From: a virus
Taxonomy: Duplodnaviria > Caudoviricetes
IMG/VR virus record: IMGVR_UViG_3300042514_001623
Coordinates: 1 to 63,009 of that record
DNA length: 63,009 nucleotides
Strand: one strand, 5' to 3'
Shown here: one piece after another, positions 9,785-23,000 of the stretch
Layout of the letters: each line of letters begins with the position of its first letter
Position numbering within the stretch: the stretch's first letter is position 1
Program-made: the position numbers and the translations under genes
The notes under the pieces: generated by a model
Seen by the model: only the letters and a program-made list of their open reading frames with translations
Database searches by the model: none
Told to the model about the DNA's origin: nothing

Positions 9785-11047
9785 ATGAACCGAATGATGA
9801 CCCTGGGCGATGTCATCGACGCCGGCAACAAGGGCCGCGACGACCGCCAGCGCCAAGAGCAGTACCAGCGCGGGCTGAAGCAGCAGCAGATCGGCGACGG
9901 CGCCAACGCGCGAGCCAGCGAGGTGTTCCGCGCGGCCATGGATGGCGGTGAGGACCGCGACATCGCCATGTTGCGCGCCAGCGAGGCCTACGGCCAGCAG
10001 TTTGCCGAGGCCGGGCAGTGGCAGGACTACCTGAAGCACGAGGCCGCGGTGCACCCGCAGCGCCTGCGCGTGCGCGCCAAGGCCTTGCAGCAGTTCCAGA
10101 TGGACAAGAACCCCGAAAAGCTGCTGCGCACGGTGTACGCGACGGTCCCTGACGGCAACGACATCGAGGCGATTGAGAACCTGCCAGGCGGCGCCCCGGT
10201 GGACCGCGGCACGGCACCCACGGCGGCCAAGACTGCGCCCATGACGCTGGGGCAGGTGCAAGGCAAGTTCGACACCGAGGTGATGAACCCGTTGGGCGTG
10301 AAGGCCGAAGCGCCGCCGCCGGTGGTGAACCCTGGCACGCCAGGCGACGGCCGGCTGGGCGCCCCGAGCGGCCCCGCGGCGCTGCGCGTGCGCCTGAAGA
10401 ACGGCGAAGTGCGGCCGGTGGATCTCAACGGCTTCCTGAAGGGCGTGCAGCAGTCGCTGCAAGACCCGGTGAAGTCGGCCGAGAAGGAGATCGAACTGAA
10501 CTTCTTGCGCGCGCAGGAGGCCATCAAGGCCGCCCGTGCCGAAGGGCTGGAGCGCGTGAAGGGCGAAGAGACGCGCAAGACAGAGAAGGTCAAAGGCACG
10601 TTTCAGGCTGACCGCGACGCGCGGCAGGCCGCCGACCGGCGCACGCTGGCCGACATCAACAACACGGCCGACCTCGAACGCACGCGCATCACCGCGGCAG
10701 CAACCACGGGGGCTGCCGGCATCCGCGCCGGCGGCGGCAAGGACGATGACGACGGCGAGATCAAGACCCTGGCGCAGGCCAACCGCGCGGTGGAGACGGC
10801 GCGCAACGCGCTGAACCAGGCCACGACGGCCGCCAGCAAGATCCGGCTCGATGGCATGGACGGCCTGAGCCTGAGCGGCGAGGAACGCGCCGCGCGCGTG
10901 GACGCCGACCCGCAGGTGAAAGCCGCCCGCGCAGAATACGAGCGCGCTCTGGCCGTGCGCAACGACCTCGCATCCGGCAAGAAGCCCGCCGCAGGCACCA
11001 AGCGCCCCGCCGACGCCCGCCTCAACCAGTTCCAGGTGATTCGCTGA
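9785..11047 (+). CDS. Probable internal virion/ejection protein (420 aa)
   Basis: Helical, charged; lies between ejection-like gene and giant protein. Confidence 0.6.
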   Translation: MNRMMTLGDVIDAGNKGRDDRQRQEQYQRGLKQQQIGDGANARASEVFRAAMDGGEDRDIAMLRASEAYGQQFAEAGQWQDYLKHEAAVHPQRLRVRAKALQQFQMDKNPEKLLRTVYATVPDGNDIEAIENLPGGAPVDRGTAPTAAKTAPMTLGQVQGKFDTEVMNPLGVKAEAPPPVVNPGTPGDGRLGAPSGPAALRVRLKNGEVRPVDLNGFLKGVQQSLQDPVKSAEKEIELNFLRAQEAIKAARAEGLERVKGEETRKTEKVKGTFQADRDARQAADRRTLADINNTADLERTRITAAATTGAAGIRAGGGKDDDDGEIKTLAQANRAVETARNALNQATTAASKIRLDGMDGLSLSGEERAARVDADPQVKAARAEYERALAVRNDLASGKKPAAGTKRPADARLNQFQVIR

Positions 11048-14000
11048 TGACGATGACCACGTTCAAGGTCCGCGGGCCTGATGGCCAGATCCTCAACATC
11101 CGCGGCCCTGCCGATGCGACCGACGAGGAACTGCAGGCGGTTGCGGCGGCGAACTGGACGCCTTCGCGCGTGGGCACCGAGCGCGGCCGCGCCACGCTGG
11201 CGCAAGCCAAGCCCCTGAGCTACCTGCCCGACCCGCTGGAGCCGGCATCGCCGAACGCCACGGCCGACATGCTCAACGCCGGGGTCGACGCCGGTGCACC
11301 GCAGACCGAAGCCGGCGGCAGCGTGCTCGATCGGCCGCGCGACCCGCTGGCCCAGGGCTTCCGCGCCGCCAGCCAGCAGCAGCGCACCCTGGCCGACACC
11401 GCCGCCACGGCCAAGAATGACCGCTTCTTGAGCGCGCGGGCCAGCGAGGCCACGCCGATGCAGAAGCAGGCCATGGCCCTGGACGAGTCCGGCGCCGGTG
11501 GCATCAAGCGCGGTGCCATCGCCGGTGGCGCGCAACTTGGGCAGATCGGCCTGGGCGCCATGCGCCTGGTGGGCGACCTGACCGGCTCCGAAACCATCGA
11601 AGGCATCGCTGCGGCGGGCAGCAGGGCCGCCGAAGGCACGTCCATGGCCTCGATGCAGGGCCTGGAAGGCGGCGAGAAGCTGGCCGCGCAGGTGACGAGC
11701 TCGATCATCAACTCGGCGCCGGCCCTGGCGCTGGGCGTCATCGGCGGGCCGGCGCTCACCACGCTGTTCGCGCAGAGCACCCTGGCCGAATACAACGCTG
11801 GCCGCAACGCGGGCTTTGATCCCGGCGAGTCGCTGGGCCGCGGCATCATCATGGGCATTGGTGAAGCCGCTGGCGAGCGTTTCGGCCTGTCCGAGCAGAT
11901 CGCGCTGCTGAAGGGCGCGGCCAAGGGCTTGCCGCAAGGCGAGGTTGCGCGGCTGTTCGGCAACATGCTGGTCAAGGAAATCCCGGGCGAGCAGTTGACA
12001 ACGCTGGTGCAGACCCTGGCGGACAAGATCGGCCCGGCGGCGCTGAACCCCGATGCCACGCTGGCGGACTATCTGGAAGCCGCGGCCGACACGCTGAAGG
12101 TGACGGTGGGGCAGTCCCTGGTGATGGGCGGCGGCCCGGCCGCAGTCACGACCGCGCGCAACACCTTCCGCGCGGCAGACCAGGCCGCAGCAGGCCCCGA
12201 GGCGCAGGCCGCGCAGGAGATCAACGCGGCAGCAGCCTCGTTCGAGGGCTTCTTCAAGCCCGCCGACACGGCCGCCATGCCCACCCAGGCCCGTGCCGAG
12301 AGCGTCAAGCGCTTCGATGAACTGGCCGCGGCGTTCGGGCTGGACCCCAAGGCCGCAGCGCGCGTGCGCGAGCAGGCCGGCGCCATGCCCACCGCGCAGG
12401 TGCCGGGCTTCCTGGCCCGCGTCACGCAGGCGCTGAACAAGCGCGGGTTCTTCCGCCAGCCGGTGGACGAGACGGGCGTGCAGGAACTGCGCACTCGCAT
12501 CGAGCCGGCGCTGGCGCCCGCAGGCACCAACGCAGCGACGGAGAGGCCCGCTGTCGAACAGCCTGACGTGGCAGGAACTGCCGGAGTGGCTGCTGGAGCC
12601 GGTGATGCAGGGGCACCTGCTGCTGTGGGAAGCGGCGTGGCTGTGGGACCACTGCCTGATGCAGACGGAGGAGTTCAGCCCGCTGCCGCCGCAACTGTTC
12701 CCAGCAGCGGAGAAGCTGGCCCTGCTGGAGATGGAGGCGCTGCCGGGCCTGCACTGACCCTGCTGCCCATCGACGCCGACGCGGCGCTGGCGAACATGGA
12801 GCGCCAGAGCGCGCAGGACTACGCCGACACCAAGGCCGCCGGCCGCATGCCCGAGCAGCCCGACTTCGAGCCGCGCGAGAGCACCGACATCCTGAACCCG
12901 AAGGGCGCAGCCTGGGCGGCCAAGGTGGGCGCGAACAAGCGCCTGAAAGAGCTCGGCGACGGCTACCGCCTGGCGCGCGTGAGCACGGGCTGGGTTATCA
13001 AGCCCGTGGCTCCCGTCAATACAATCGACACCGCATCGGCGCCCGCCGGCCCTATCGCGCAAGCGCCCGGGTCGCAGTCCGCTTCAGGGGCACCAGAAGC
13101 TGCCGGCGCCGATGCACTCATCAATGCAGCAGTCGAACCCCAAGCCCCGGAATCGTCAGCGACGACGCAGCCGAGGCCGCAAACACTCAATCTGGACGCC
13201 GTATCGGACAAAGGCCTTCTCAACGCATCTCTTGCTGACGCCGAGTTGCTTGCCAGCGTTGCCAAGACTGAGCCCGCTGGCAACAAGTTGCTTGGCTCTC
13301 TCAATGTCGAAACTAAGAGGCTTGTGCTCTCGGCCGTGAGCCGACTTGTCAACGACCGCGAGATTTTCAAGCGCGTTGTTGAGCTTGTCCCCGTCGAGGT
13401 GATGAACGTCCTTACCGGCAATAGCAGCGGGGCCGATGGCGGCAGCGACTACCGCGCGGTGCTCAAGAACTTGGCGGCCGTTGACGCTGAAAACCCGATA
13501 CCCGTCCTCGTTGACGCTGCCGACACGTTTGTTCGTGTCACGGCAAACGCTGCTGCAGAAAAGCTTGCGATGTCCAATGGTGCCGGCGCGGCTGCGCCTG
13601 ACCGCGACTCCGCATTGAGCGCAGTTGAAGTGGACGCAGGCTCTTTGCCGCCAAGCGAATTGGCAGGACGTGTTGCAGAAGAAAACGCCAGATGGCGTTC
13701 GCGCGATGCGGGAGTCAGTTCTGAGGACGGCAGCACCGCATTGGCTACACTGGACGATAGGCAAGTCAATTCTCCAACCAGGATTGATGAGCTAGGGTCG
13801 TCATCGGATGCAACCAATGACGGCCCGCCTACTGTACGTGCATCCAGAGCAAGCGCAAAGCCGCAGGGCGTGGCTGCCGAACAGTCGCCAGCCGAAGCGC
13901 CTGCCCCCGCCGACGCGGCCCCGCCCCCCGGCTACGAGGCCATCGAGCACACCACCGGCAAGGGCAAGGTTCTGCGCGGCGTGGTGGTGAAGGGCATCAA

Positions 14001-17000
14001 GGGCGAGGATGCCCTGAAGCTGGACGGCGGCACCTTCAAGAAGGACGGCGGCTACTTCGTGCGCGAGAAGCACTGGGGCCGGTTGCCTCCCGTGGTCGCC
14101 GGCAACGACCGCGGGGAATCTGCGCCTGCTGATGCGCCAGCCAGTGCAAGTACAGATGCACAGCCGGCCGCTGCGGTCGACAAGGCGAAGAAGGACCAGA
14201 AGGCTGAGTTTGACCGTATCCGCGCAGAGATTGCGGCCAAGAAGGCCCCCGCCCCCGTCGACACGTCACCAGGACGTGCACAGAAACCGGCGGAAAGTGA
14301 ACAGGTTGCGCCGAGCCTGGGCAAGGCGCTGCAGACGGCCATGGGCAAATCCGGCTGGGCCGCAGAAGACAAGGGCGAGGGCAACACGTTCTGGAGCAAG
14401 CGCCAGGGCCAAGAGCGCTACACCGCGCGCTGGGACCGTGAGCAGGGCCGCGTGGAAGTCACGGCACTGGAAGCCGGCGGCGTTGAGACGCAGATTGCCT
14501 TCTTCGAGGCAACCGACGCCCAAGATGCAGCGCGGCGAGCGGACAAGGCAGTCGCTGATGACTTGGCCGAAATCGCAGCGCGCAATGGCTCCGCTTCTTC
14601 CCCCGCGCCCGAGAAAACAACGCCTGCCACCGAGGTGAGTTCTTCACCGGCAGAGCCCGAAGTCACCTCGTCGCAGCAGCCGCTGAGCGACGCCGAGCAG
14701 AAGGAACTGGACCGCATGCTGGGCCTGAACGCATCGGTCGGGTTCAAGGACATGGGCGGCCACTGGATGGCCGAGGCCACCGGCAACAGCCTGCGCATGC
14801 CGGTGCGGGCCCGCGGGTCTAGCAAGGACGCGGCGCGAAGGAACCTGCTGCAGGCCGTGCGCCAAGCGCGCGAGGAGCAGCAGGCCACCGCGGCCCCGAG
14901 TGCGGCGGCCGCGCCTACCCCAAGACCCGTGCAAACGACGGCCAGCCGCGTAGCCGATGCTCGGGCCATCGGAGCCCAGGCCTACGCAGAGGACGCCGAC
15001 CGCGTGCCGCCGCAAGCCTTCACGACCGCAGAAAAGCGGGCGTGGCTGGATGGCTACGACAACGCGCCGCCGCGGGCGTCCGCAGCACCGGCCCCCGCCC
15101 CCGCCGCCGCCGACCCCACCCTGGACGACGAACTGAACGACGCCCTGGGCAAGCTGGGCGACGTGCTGGGCGACGTGTTCGGCGCCAAGAAGAACATCAC
15201 CGGCCCGCAGTACGGCGCTGCCGACCTGCTGCCGGCTCTGTCCAAGGTGGTTGAACTGCTGGTGCGCAAGGGCTTCAAGAGCTTCGCCCAGGCCGCTGGC
15301 AAGGCCGCGGCGCTGATGCGCGCCAACGAGAAGACCGCGGCGCACGTCGACGCCATCACCCCGCGCCAGTGGAAGGCCGCCTACAACGCCATCGCCGAAG
15401 GCACCGAGGGCACCGACACTGAGGAAGCCCTGTCTGCGATGACGGCCGAGCAGGTCAAGGCCATCGTCAGCCCGGCCATTCCGCCAGCAGCGGAATCCGC
15501 GCCGGCGCCGGAAGCGCAGAATCAGGCCAAGGAGCCCGCCAATGGAAATGCACCACGCCAACTGGATCGCCCAGGCCAACGAGCACTGGAAGGAGCACCA
15601 GCCGACCCGGTACAAGCGCCTGATGCAGGCGGGCGAACTGGGCAAGGCGCTGAAGGAAGCGGCAGCGCAGACGGCGACCGAGTTCCAGGCGCTGAAGGAG
15701 CAGGGGCTGGACGCCCTGGCGGCGTGGGAGATGGTGCGGGAGCGCTACCTGTTCCCGGCCGAGGAGCCGGGCGCAAGCCCCGCGGAGAGCCCAAGCCAAG
15801 GGTACGGCGCGATGCGCGACCTGACGCAGACCCTGGGCTCTTTGGGGATGGAGCCGGACCCGATCCGCAAGGACTGACCGCGCCCAACGTGGCGCCGCCG
15901 GCCCCGCCGGCATTCACGCCCACGGACTTCGAGATTGCCGACGACCTGGCGCTCGGCGAGGGCGGCCAGAAAGCCAAGTACCGCGGCAACGTCGAAGCCA
16001 TCCGCCTGCTGCGCGACCTTGAGGCCACTGGCCGCACCGCCACGCCGGCCGAGCAGCGTGTGCTGGCGCGCTACGTGGGCTGGGGCGGCATCGCGCAGGC
16101 CTTCGATGCGGGCAACAAGGACTGGACGCGCGAGTACGCCGAGCTTAAGGAACTGCTGACCCCGGAAGAGTGGGCCACGGCCAACGAGAGCACCCAGTAC
16201 GCGCACTACACCTCGCGCGAGATCATCGGCGGCATCTACGAGGCGCTGGCCCGCATGGGCTTCACCGGCGGCAAGATCCTTGAGCCTGGCAGCGGCGTGG
16301 GGAACTTCGTCGGGCTGATGCCGGCGGGCCTGCGCACTTCAAGCCGCTTCACCGGCGTGGAGCGCGAGGCCATCGCTGTGGGCATCGCCAAGCAGCTGTA
16401 CCCGCGCCAGAACATCCAGCGCGCCGACTTCACCGAGTTCATCGGCAACGATGGCTTCTTCGACCTGGCCATCGGCAACCCGCCTTTCGCGCGCAACCCG
16501 CTGACCGACAAATCGGGCCGCAAGCACCTCACGGGCTTGTCGGTGCACAACTACTTCTTCGCCAAGGCCGTGGACATGCTGCGCGAGGGCGGCATCCTGG
16601 CGCAGGTGGTGTCCAACAGCTTCTTGGACGCCAAGCGCGACACCGCGCGCCGCTACATCGCCGATCGCACCGAGTTCCTGGGCGCCATCCGCCTGCCCAA
16701 CAACGCCTTCGCCAAGAACGCGAACACCGAAGTCACGACCGACATCGTGTTTCTGCGCAAGCTGCCCGAAAGCGAGTGGGGCAGCCGCAGCGGCAAGGAG
16801 AACCGCGACCGCTGGCTGGACACGCAGAACATCACCGACCCGAACGGCGGCGATGACATCCCGGTGAACCGCTACTTCGCCGAGAACCCCGAGATGATGC
16901 TGGGCCAGATGGGCCGCTACGGCACCATGTACGGGCCCGGCCAGCCGGCCCTGGTGGCCAAGCCCGGCCAGGACACGGCCGCACTGCTGCGCGCTGCCAT

Positions 17001-20000
17001 CGCGCGCCTGCCCGAGGGCGTCTACACCCCGCCGGCCGTGGCCAACACCGCCGCCATGGGCGACGCGGCCATCGTGGCGCTGCGCAACCCCAAGGTGCAG
17101 GAGGGCGGCCACTACGTCGAAGGCGACAAGCTGTACCGCCGCCTGCAGGACGTGGCCGGCGAGGCCCGCGCGGTTGAACTGACCCCGGACACCCAGTGGA
17201 CCGAGAAGACCAAGCTGGGCGAGGAAGGCTTTGCGCGCATCAAGGCGCTGGCAGGCCTGCGGCAGACCCTGCGCGACCTGCTGGCGGCCGAACTGGCCGA
17301 CGCCAAGGACATCGAGGCGCTGCGCACGCGCCTGAACACGGAGTACGACGCCTACGCCAAGCGGCACGGCCTCATCAACGACCGGCCCAGCGCCCGGGTG
17401 TTCGATGACGACCCCGACTACCCGCTGCTGGCTTCGCTGGAGCACGGCTTCACGCCGGGCATCGGCGCTGCGGCCGCGCGGAAGATGGGCGTCAAGCCCA
17501 TGCTGGCCACGGCCAAGAAGGGCCCGATCTTCAAGGCCCGGGTGATCGAGAAGCGCACCGCGCCGACCCGCGCCAGCAGCCCGGCCGACGCCCTGAACAT
17601 CAGCATGGCCGAGCGCGGCCGCATCGACGCGGCCTACATCGGTGAACTGCTGGGGATCAGCGGCGAGGAAGCGCTGCGCGACATGAGCCAGGGCGCCAAG
17701 CCGCTGCTGTTCATGGACCCGGCCAGCAACGAGTACGTGCTGCGCGACGCCTACCTCTCCGGCAACGTGCGCGCCAAACTCGCGCAGGCCCGCCAGGCCG
17801 GGATGATGGCCAACGCCCGCGCGCTCGAAGAAGTGCAGCCGCCCGACGTGAGCGCCGGCGAGATTTCGGTGCGCGTGGGCTCGCCTTGGGTGCCGACGCC
17901 GGTGTACGAGGCTTTCGCGCGCCACCTGTTCGGCGACGGCACCTCGGCCAAGTTCATCTACGTGAAGGCCAACTCTTCCTTCATGGACGCCATATCGGGC
18001 GAATCCGACGTGGCTTCCAGCGCCACCTGGGGCACGCCCAGCTACCCGGGCCCGCAGATCCTGACCTCGCTGATGAACAACCGCGAGATCAAGGTGATGT
18101 TCAAGGACGCGGACGGCAGCCTGAAGGTCGACCGCGAAGCCACCGATGCGGCGAACCAGAAGGCCACCGAGATCAAGCAGGCCTTCAGCGACTGGGTGTT
18201 CAGCGACCCGGAGCGCGCTGACGTGCTGACCAAGGCCTACAACGAGGCCAACAACAACTACGTGACGCGCGCCTTCGACGGTGGCTACATGCAGTTCCCG
18301 GGCAAGGTGCCCGACAGCATCATCAAGTTCCGCCGCCACCAGCGCAACGCCATCGCGCGCATCGTGCAGGACCGCACCGCGCTGCTGGACCATGTGGTGG
18401 GCGCCGGCAAGACCTTCACCGTGATCTCCGCGGCGATGGAGCTCAAGCGCACCGGGCTGGCGAACAAGCCTCTCATCATGGTGCCGAACCACTTGGTGAA
18501 GCAGTGGGCGGCCGACTTCTACCGCCTGTACCCCGGCGCCAACATCCTCACGGCCACCAAAAAGGACTTCGAGAAGACCAACCGCCGCCGCTTCCTGGCC
18601 AAAATCGCCACGGGCAACTGGGATGCCGTCATCATGGCGCACTCATCGTTCGGCTTCATCAAGCCGGCGCCCGAGTTCGAGGCCCAGTTCAACGAGCAGC
18701 AGGTCAAGAACGTGATGGACACCATCGACGCGGTGAACGCGGGCGATGCTGACGAGGGCACCAAGAAGCGCACGGTCAAGCAACTGGCCGCGTTGAAAGA
18801 GCGGCTGGAGAACCGCATCGACGCGCTGCGCCAGAAGCCGATCGACGCGCTGCTGGACTTCAAGGAAATCGGGGTCGATCAGCTGTTCGTGGACGAGGCG
18901 CACTTGTTCAAGAACCTGATGTTCACGACCAAGATGCAGAACGTGCGCGGCCTGGGCGACTCGGCCGGCTCGCAGCGCGCCTACGACCTGTTCATCAAGA
19001 CGAACCAGCTGTACGCGCAGAACGGCCGCGGCCAGGGCGTGGTCTTCGCCACCGGCACGCCGGTGTCCAACTCGCTGGCCGAGATGTATCACATGATGCG
19101 GTACCTGATGCCGCAGGCCCTGCAGGAGGGCGGCTTCGAGTCGTTCGACGCCTGGGCCAACACCTTCGCATCCGTCGAACAGGTGTGGATGCAGAAGATC
19201 TCGGCCAACGGCTTCAAGGCCGACAACCGCATGAGCACCTTCGTGAACACACACGAACTGCTCAAGATGTTCGATCAGGTTGCGGACACCGTGACCATGG
19301 ACGACATCAAGAAGGCCTACGCCGAAGAGAACGACGGCCGCGAGTTCCCCCTGCCCAAGCTGAAGACCGGCCGCCGCCAGCCGGTGTCCCTGGACAAGAG
19401 CCAGGCGCAGGAGGACTACATGGCCGCGGTGGCGGCCCGTGCCCAGGCCATTGAGGGCAAGCGCACCAATGAGAAGGGCATGGACAACGCCCTGAAGATC
19501 ATGGGCGACGCGCGCAAGGCCGCCATGGACATCCGGCTGGTGGATGTCACCATCACCGAGCGCGAGAAGGGCGGCCGCATCGACCGCGCCGCCGACGAGA
19601 TCGCAGCGCGCTACCGCCAGTACGGCGACGTGAAGGGCACGCAACTTGTTTTCTCGGACCTGGGCACGCCGATCAAGCACGCCCGCGAGGAAATGAAGGA
19701 GTGGGAGGCGCTGCAGGCCCGCATCCAGAAGGGCGTGGACCCGGAAACCGTGACCGCGGCGAACTTTGGCAACGAGGCCGCCATGAAGGTGGTGGAGGAC
19801 GCCGAAGACGCGCAGCGCGAGATGGACGAGAAGGGCGCCGACTGGCTGGACGCCGTGAAGGCGGCCTTGCGCGGTTTCTCGGTGTACGACGACCTGCGCG
19901 CAGCGCTGGTGGAGCGGGGCATTCCCGACAGCGAGATCGCCTTCATCCACGACTACAACACCGACGACCAGAAACTCAGCCTGTTCCGCAAGATGAACGC

Positions 20001-23000
20001 GGGCGACATGCGCGTGCTCATCGGCTCCACGCCCAAGCTGGGCGCCGGCACCAACGTGCAGGACCGCCTGGTGGCGCTGCACCACCTTGACGTGCCTTGG
20101 AAGCCCAGCGACGTGGAGCAGCGCGAGGGCCGGATCATCCGCCAGGGCAACAAGCTCATGGACACGGTGCCCGGCTTCGAGGTGGAGATCCTGGCCTACG
20201 TGACCAAGGACACCCTGGACATGCGCATGTGGCAGGTTCAGGAGACGAAGCTGAAAATGATTAATCAGCTTCGCACGCGCCAGATCAGCCGCGAGATCGA
20301 CAACGCTTTCGAGGACATGGAAATGTCCGCGGGCGAGATGCAGGCCGCCGCCACCGGCAACATGGACCTGCTGAAGGAGATCCAGCTTCGCACCGACGTG
20401 AAGAAGCTAGAGCAGGCCAAGCGCAGTTTCGACGCCACGCGCAACGATCTCGTGTCGCGCCGCCGGCGCGCAGACGAGGCGGTGGCCACCCTGCCGGCCA
20501 AGATTGCCCGCGCCGAGAAGATGGCCGAGGCATCCAAGGCCTACACCGACGCGCAGAAGGCGCAGGCCGAGCGTTTCTCGGTGACGGTCAACGGCAAGGC
20601 CTACACCGACGCCCGCGAGGCTGGCGCGGTGCTGCAGGCCTTCGTGGACGCCAAGCAGTTCACCAAGAAGGGCACCGACATCGTTCTGACGCCTGAGCAG
20701 TACCAGGCCATGGACGAGGACGAGCGTTCGGCCAGCAACGGCTGGCAAGAGCGCCCGGTGCCGCTGAAGGTGGAAATGGACGGCAAGACCTACACGGCGC
20801 GCGCTGCGCTGGGTGAGGCTTTCGCCGACCTGCGCGGCGACGTGAACGACGCGCCGCTATGGCAGGTGGACGGGCAGACCTACATCCGCCGCACCAAGGC
20901 CGCCGCGGCCATCGCGCAGCGCGTGGCCGACAGCATGGCCGAGATGACCGAGGCCGAGGTGGGCCGCATCGGCCCCTTCACCGTCACGGTGGAAGGCCAG
21001 CCGCCCAGCGCCTACGCCACGGGCACGACGGGCCTGGAGGTGGTGATTCGCGCGCCTGGCGGTGTGGAGGCGAGCACGACGCTGAACTTCAAGGACATCG
21101 CCAGCGAGGACGACGCCCGCAAGGCGGCAACCGGCGTCATCAACGCGGCCATGAGCCTTGCCAGCGGTGGCCAGCAGCAGGTGTTGTGGCTGCGCAGTGA
21201 CTTGGAGCGACAGCAGCGCGTGCTGGCCGACTTGGCCACGGCCAAGGTGGCGGCCGATTTCCCGCAGCAGGACAAACTGGAAGCAGCCCGCGCGGCGCAC
21301 AAGGAAGTGCTGGCGCGACTGGCGGCCAAGCCCGAGCAGCCTGCAGCGCCCGAGGCCGATGAGGCCGCCGGCGACACCGCACTCAGCCGCGGCGCTGGCC
21401 GCGGTGTGGCCATGGCCGACGCCGAAGCGGCCCGCGACGCCCTGCTGCGCGCGATGCCCAAGGCGCCGCGCATCACCCTGCTGGAACGTGTCGACCAAGC
21501 CCCGGCAAGCCTGCTGAGCAAGATCAGCAGCGCTGGCGCGAGTGCCGACGTGGAGGGCGCCTTCCACGAGGGCGAGGTGTTCATCTTCCCGGGCAACATC
21601 GACAGCCTGGAGCGCCTGCAGTTCGTCATGGCGCACCACGAGTTGCGGCACTACGGGCTGCGCTCGCTGATGCCCAACCAGAACCGCCGCGGCCCGCTGC
21701 TGCTGGCCATCTACAACACCAACCCCGAGATCCGCCGGCAGGCCGACGACAAGATGGCCGCCGGCCTGGCTGGCAGCAAGGTGCTGGCGGTGGAGGAAGC
21801 CCTGGCCGACATGCCGGTGGAGCAGATGCAGGCGCTGAAGGGCGGCCCGCGGCTGCTGGCGGCGCTGCGCGACGTGCTGCGCAAGCTGGCCGAGGTGTTC
21901 CGCAGCCTGGGCTGGGTGCGCGTGGCCGATGCCCTGGAGCCGGCGACGTGGACCGATGCTGACGTGGTGGCCCTGGTGCGCCGGGCTGAAGCGGTGAGCC
22001 GCACGGGTGGGCCGCTGTTCCGGGTGGGGGATACGGCTTTCAGCCGCAGCCCGAGCGTCGCCACCAAGGCCTTGACCGCCGCCCTGTCCAAGCCCGGCGC
22101 CGCGCTGCGCGACGTGCGCCTGCCCGCCGGGTACGTGGTGGGCGACTGGTTCGGCAACAGCCTGGGCCGCCTCCACTGGTGGCACAAGACCGTGGGCACG
22201 CCCTACAACCTGGCAGAGCGTGAGCGCAGCTTCCGGCCGGTGTTCGAGTCGATCCAGAACTTCATGGACGACATCAGCCACTACGCCACCGAGGCGGCCA
22301 ACCTCGCGCCGAGCATCCTGCCCAAGCTGGAGAGCATCACCGACATCCTGAAAGCCCCGCTGCCGCCGGCCGACGTGAAGGCCTTGGCCGCGCCGGTGTT
22401 CGAGGGCACGCTGGGCTGGGGCCGCGACTTGGACGGCAAGCCGGTGCGCATGGTGGATCTTGAGGCGAAGGCCGCACAGCTGAGCGCCGAGGACAAGGCG
22501 CAGGAGATGCTGCGCCGCCGGCTGCTGAACCCGCGCGTGCTGAAGATGTGGCAAGGCCTGCCGCTGGAGCAGTTCGAGGCGGCTGTGGAGACGCGCTACC
22601 AGAACGAGGTGCTCAAGCCCGGTGTGGTGTGGTCCGATGGCGAGCTGCGCACGATGTTCGGTCTGAGCCCGCGCCAGATTGCGCTGTACCGCGAGTTCCG
22701 CAGCGCCACCGACAAGAGCCTGGACGATCTCACCATCACCACCATGCTGCGCGTGGGTGGCGAGGAAGTGGCGGACCTGCGCGAGCAGGTGCTGGCTGAG
22801 CCCGACCTGATGACGGCGGCCGAGCTCATCCGCGACCGGCTGTTCGACCTGGCAGAGCAGCAGCCCGAGAACGCCGACGCGATGAACGCGCGTGGCAACG
22901 GCATCATCGACATCGCCGACCGGGTGGAAGACCTGAAGGACCGCGGCTACGCGCCGCTTTCGCGTTTCGGGCAGTACACCCTGGACGTGGTGACGCCGGA

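Noticed and set aside
14132-14638. Further +1-frame ORF in the giant gene
   Set aside because: Arg/Ser/Pro-rich shadow-like translation with no RBS; the main frame keeps normal codon use
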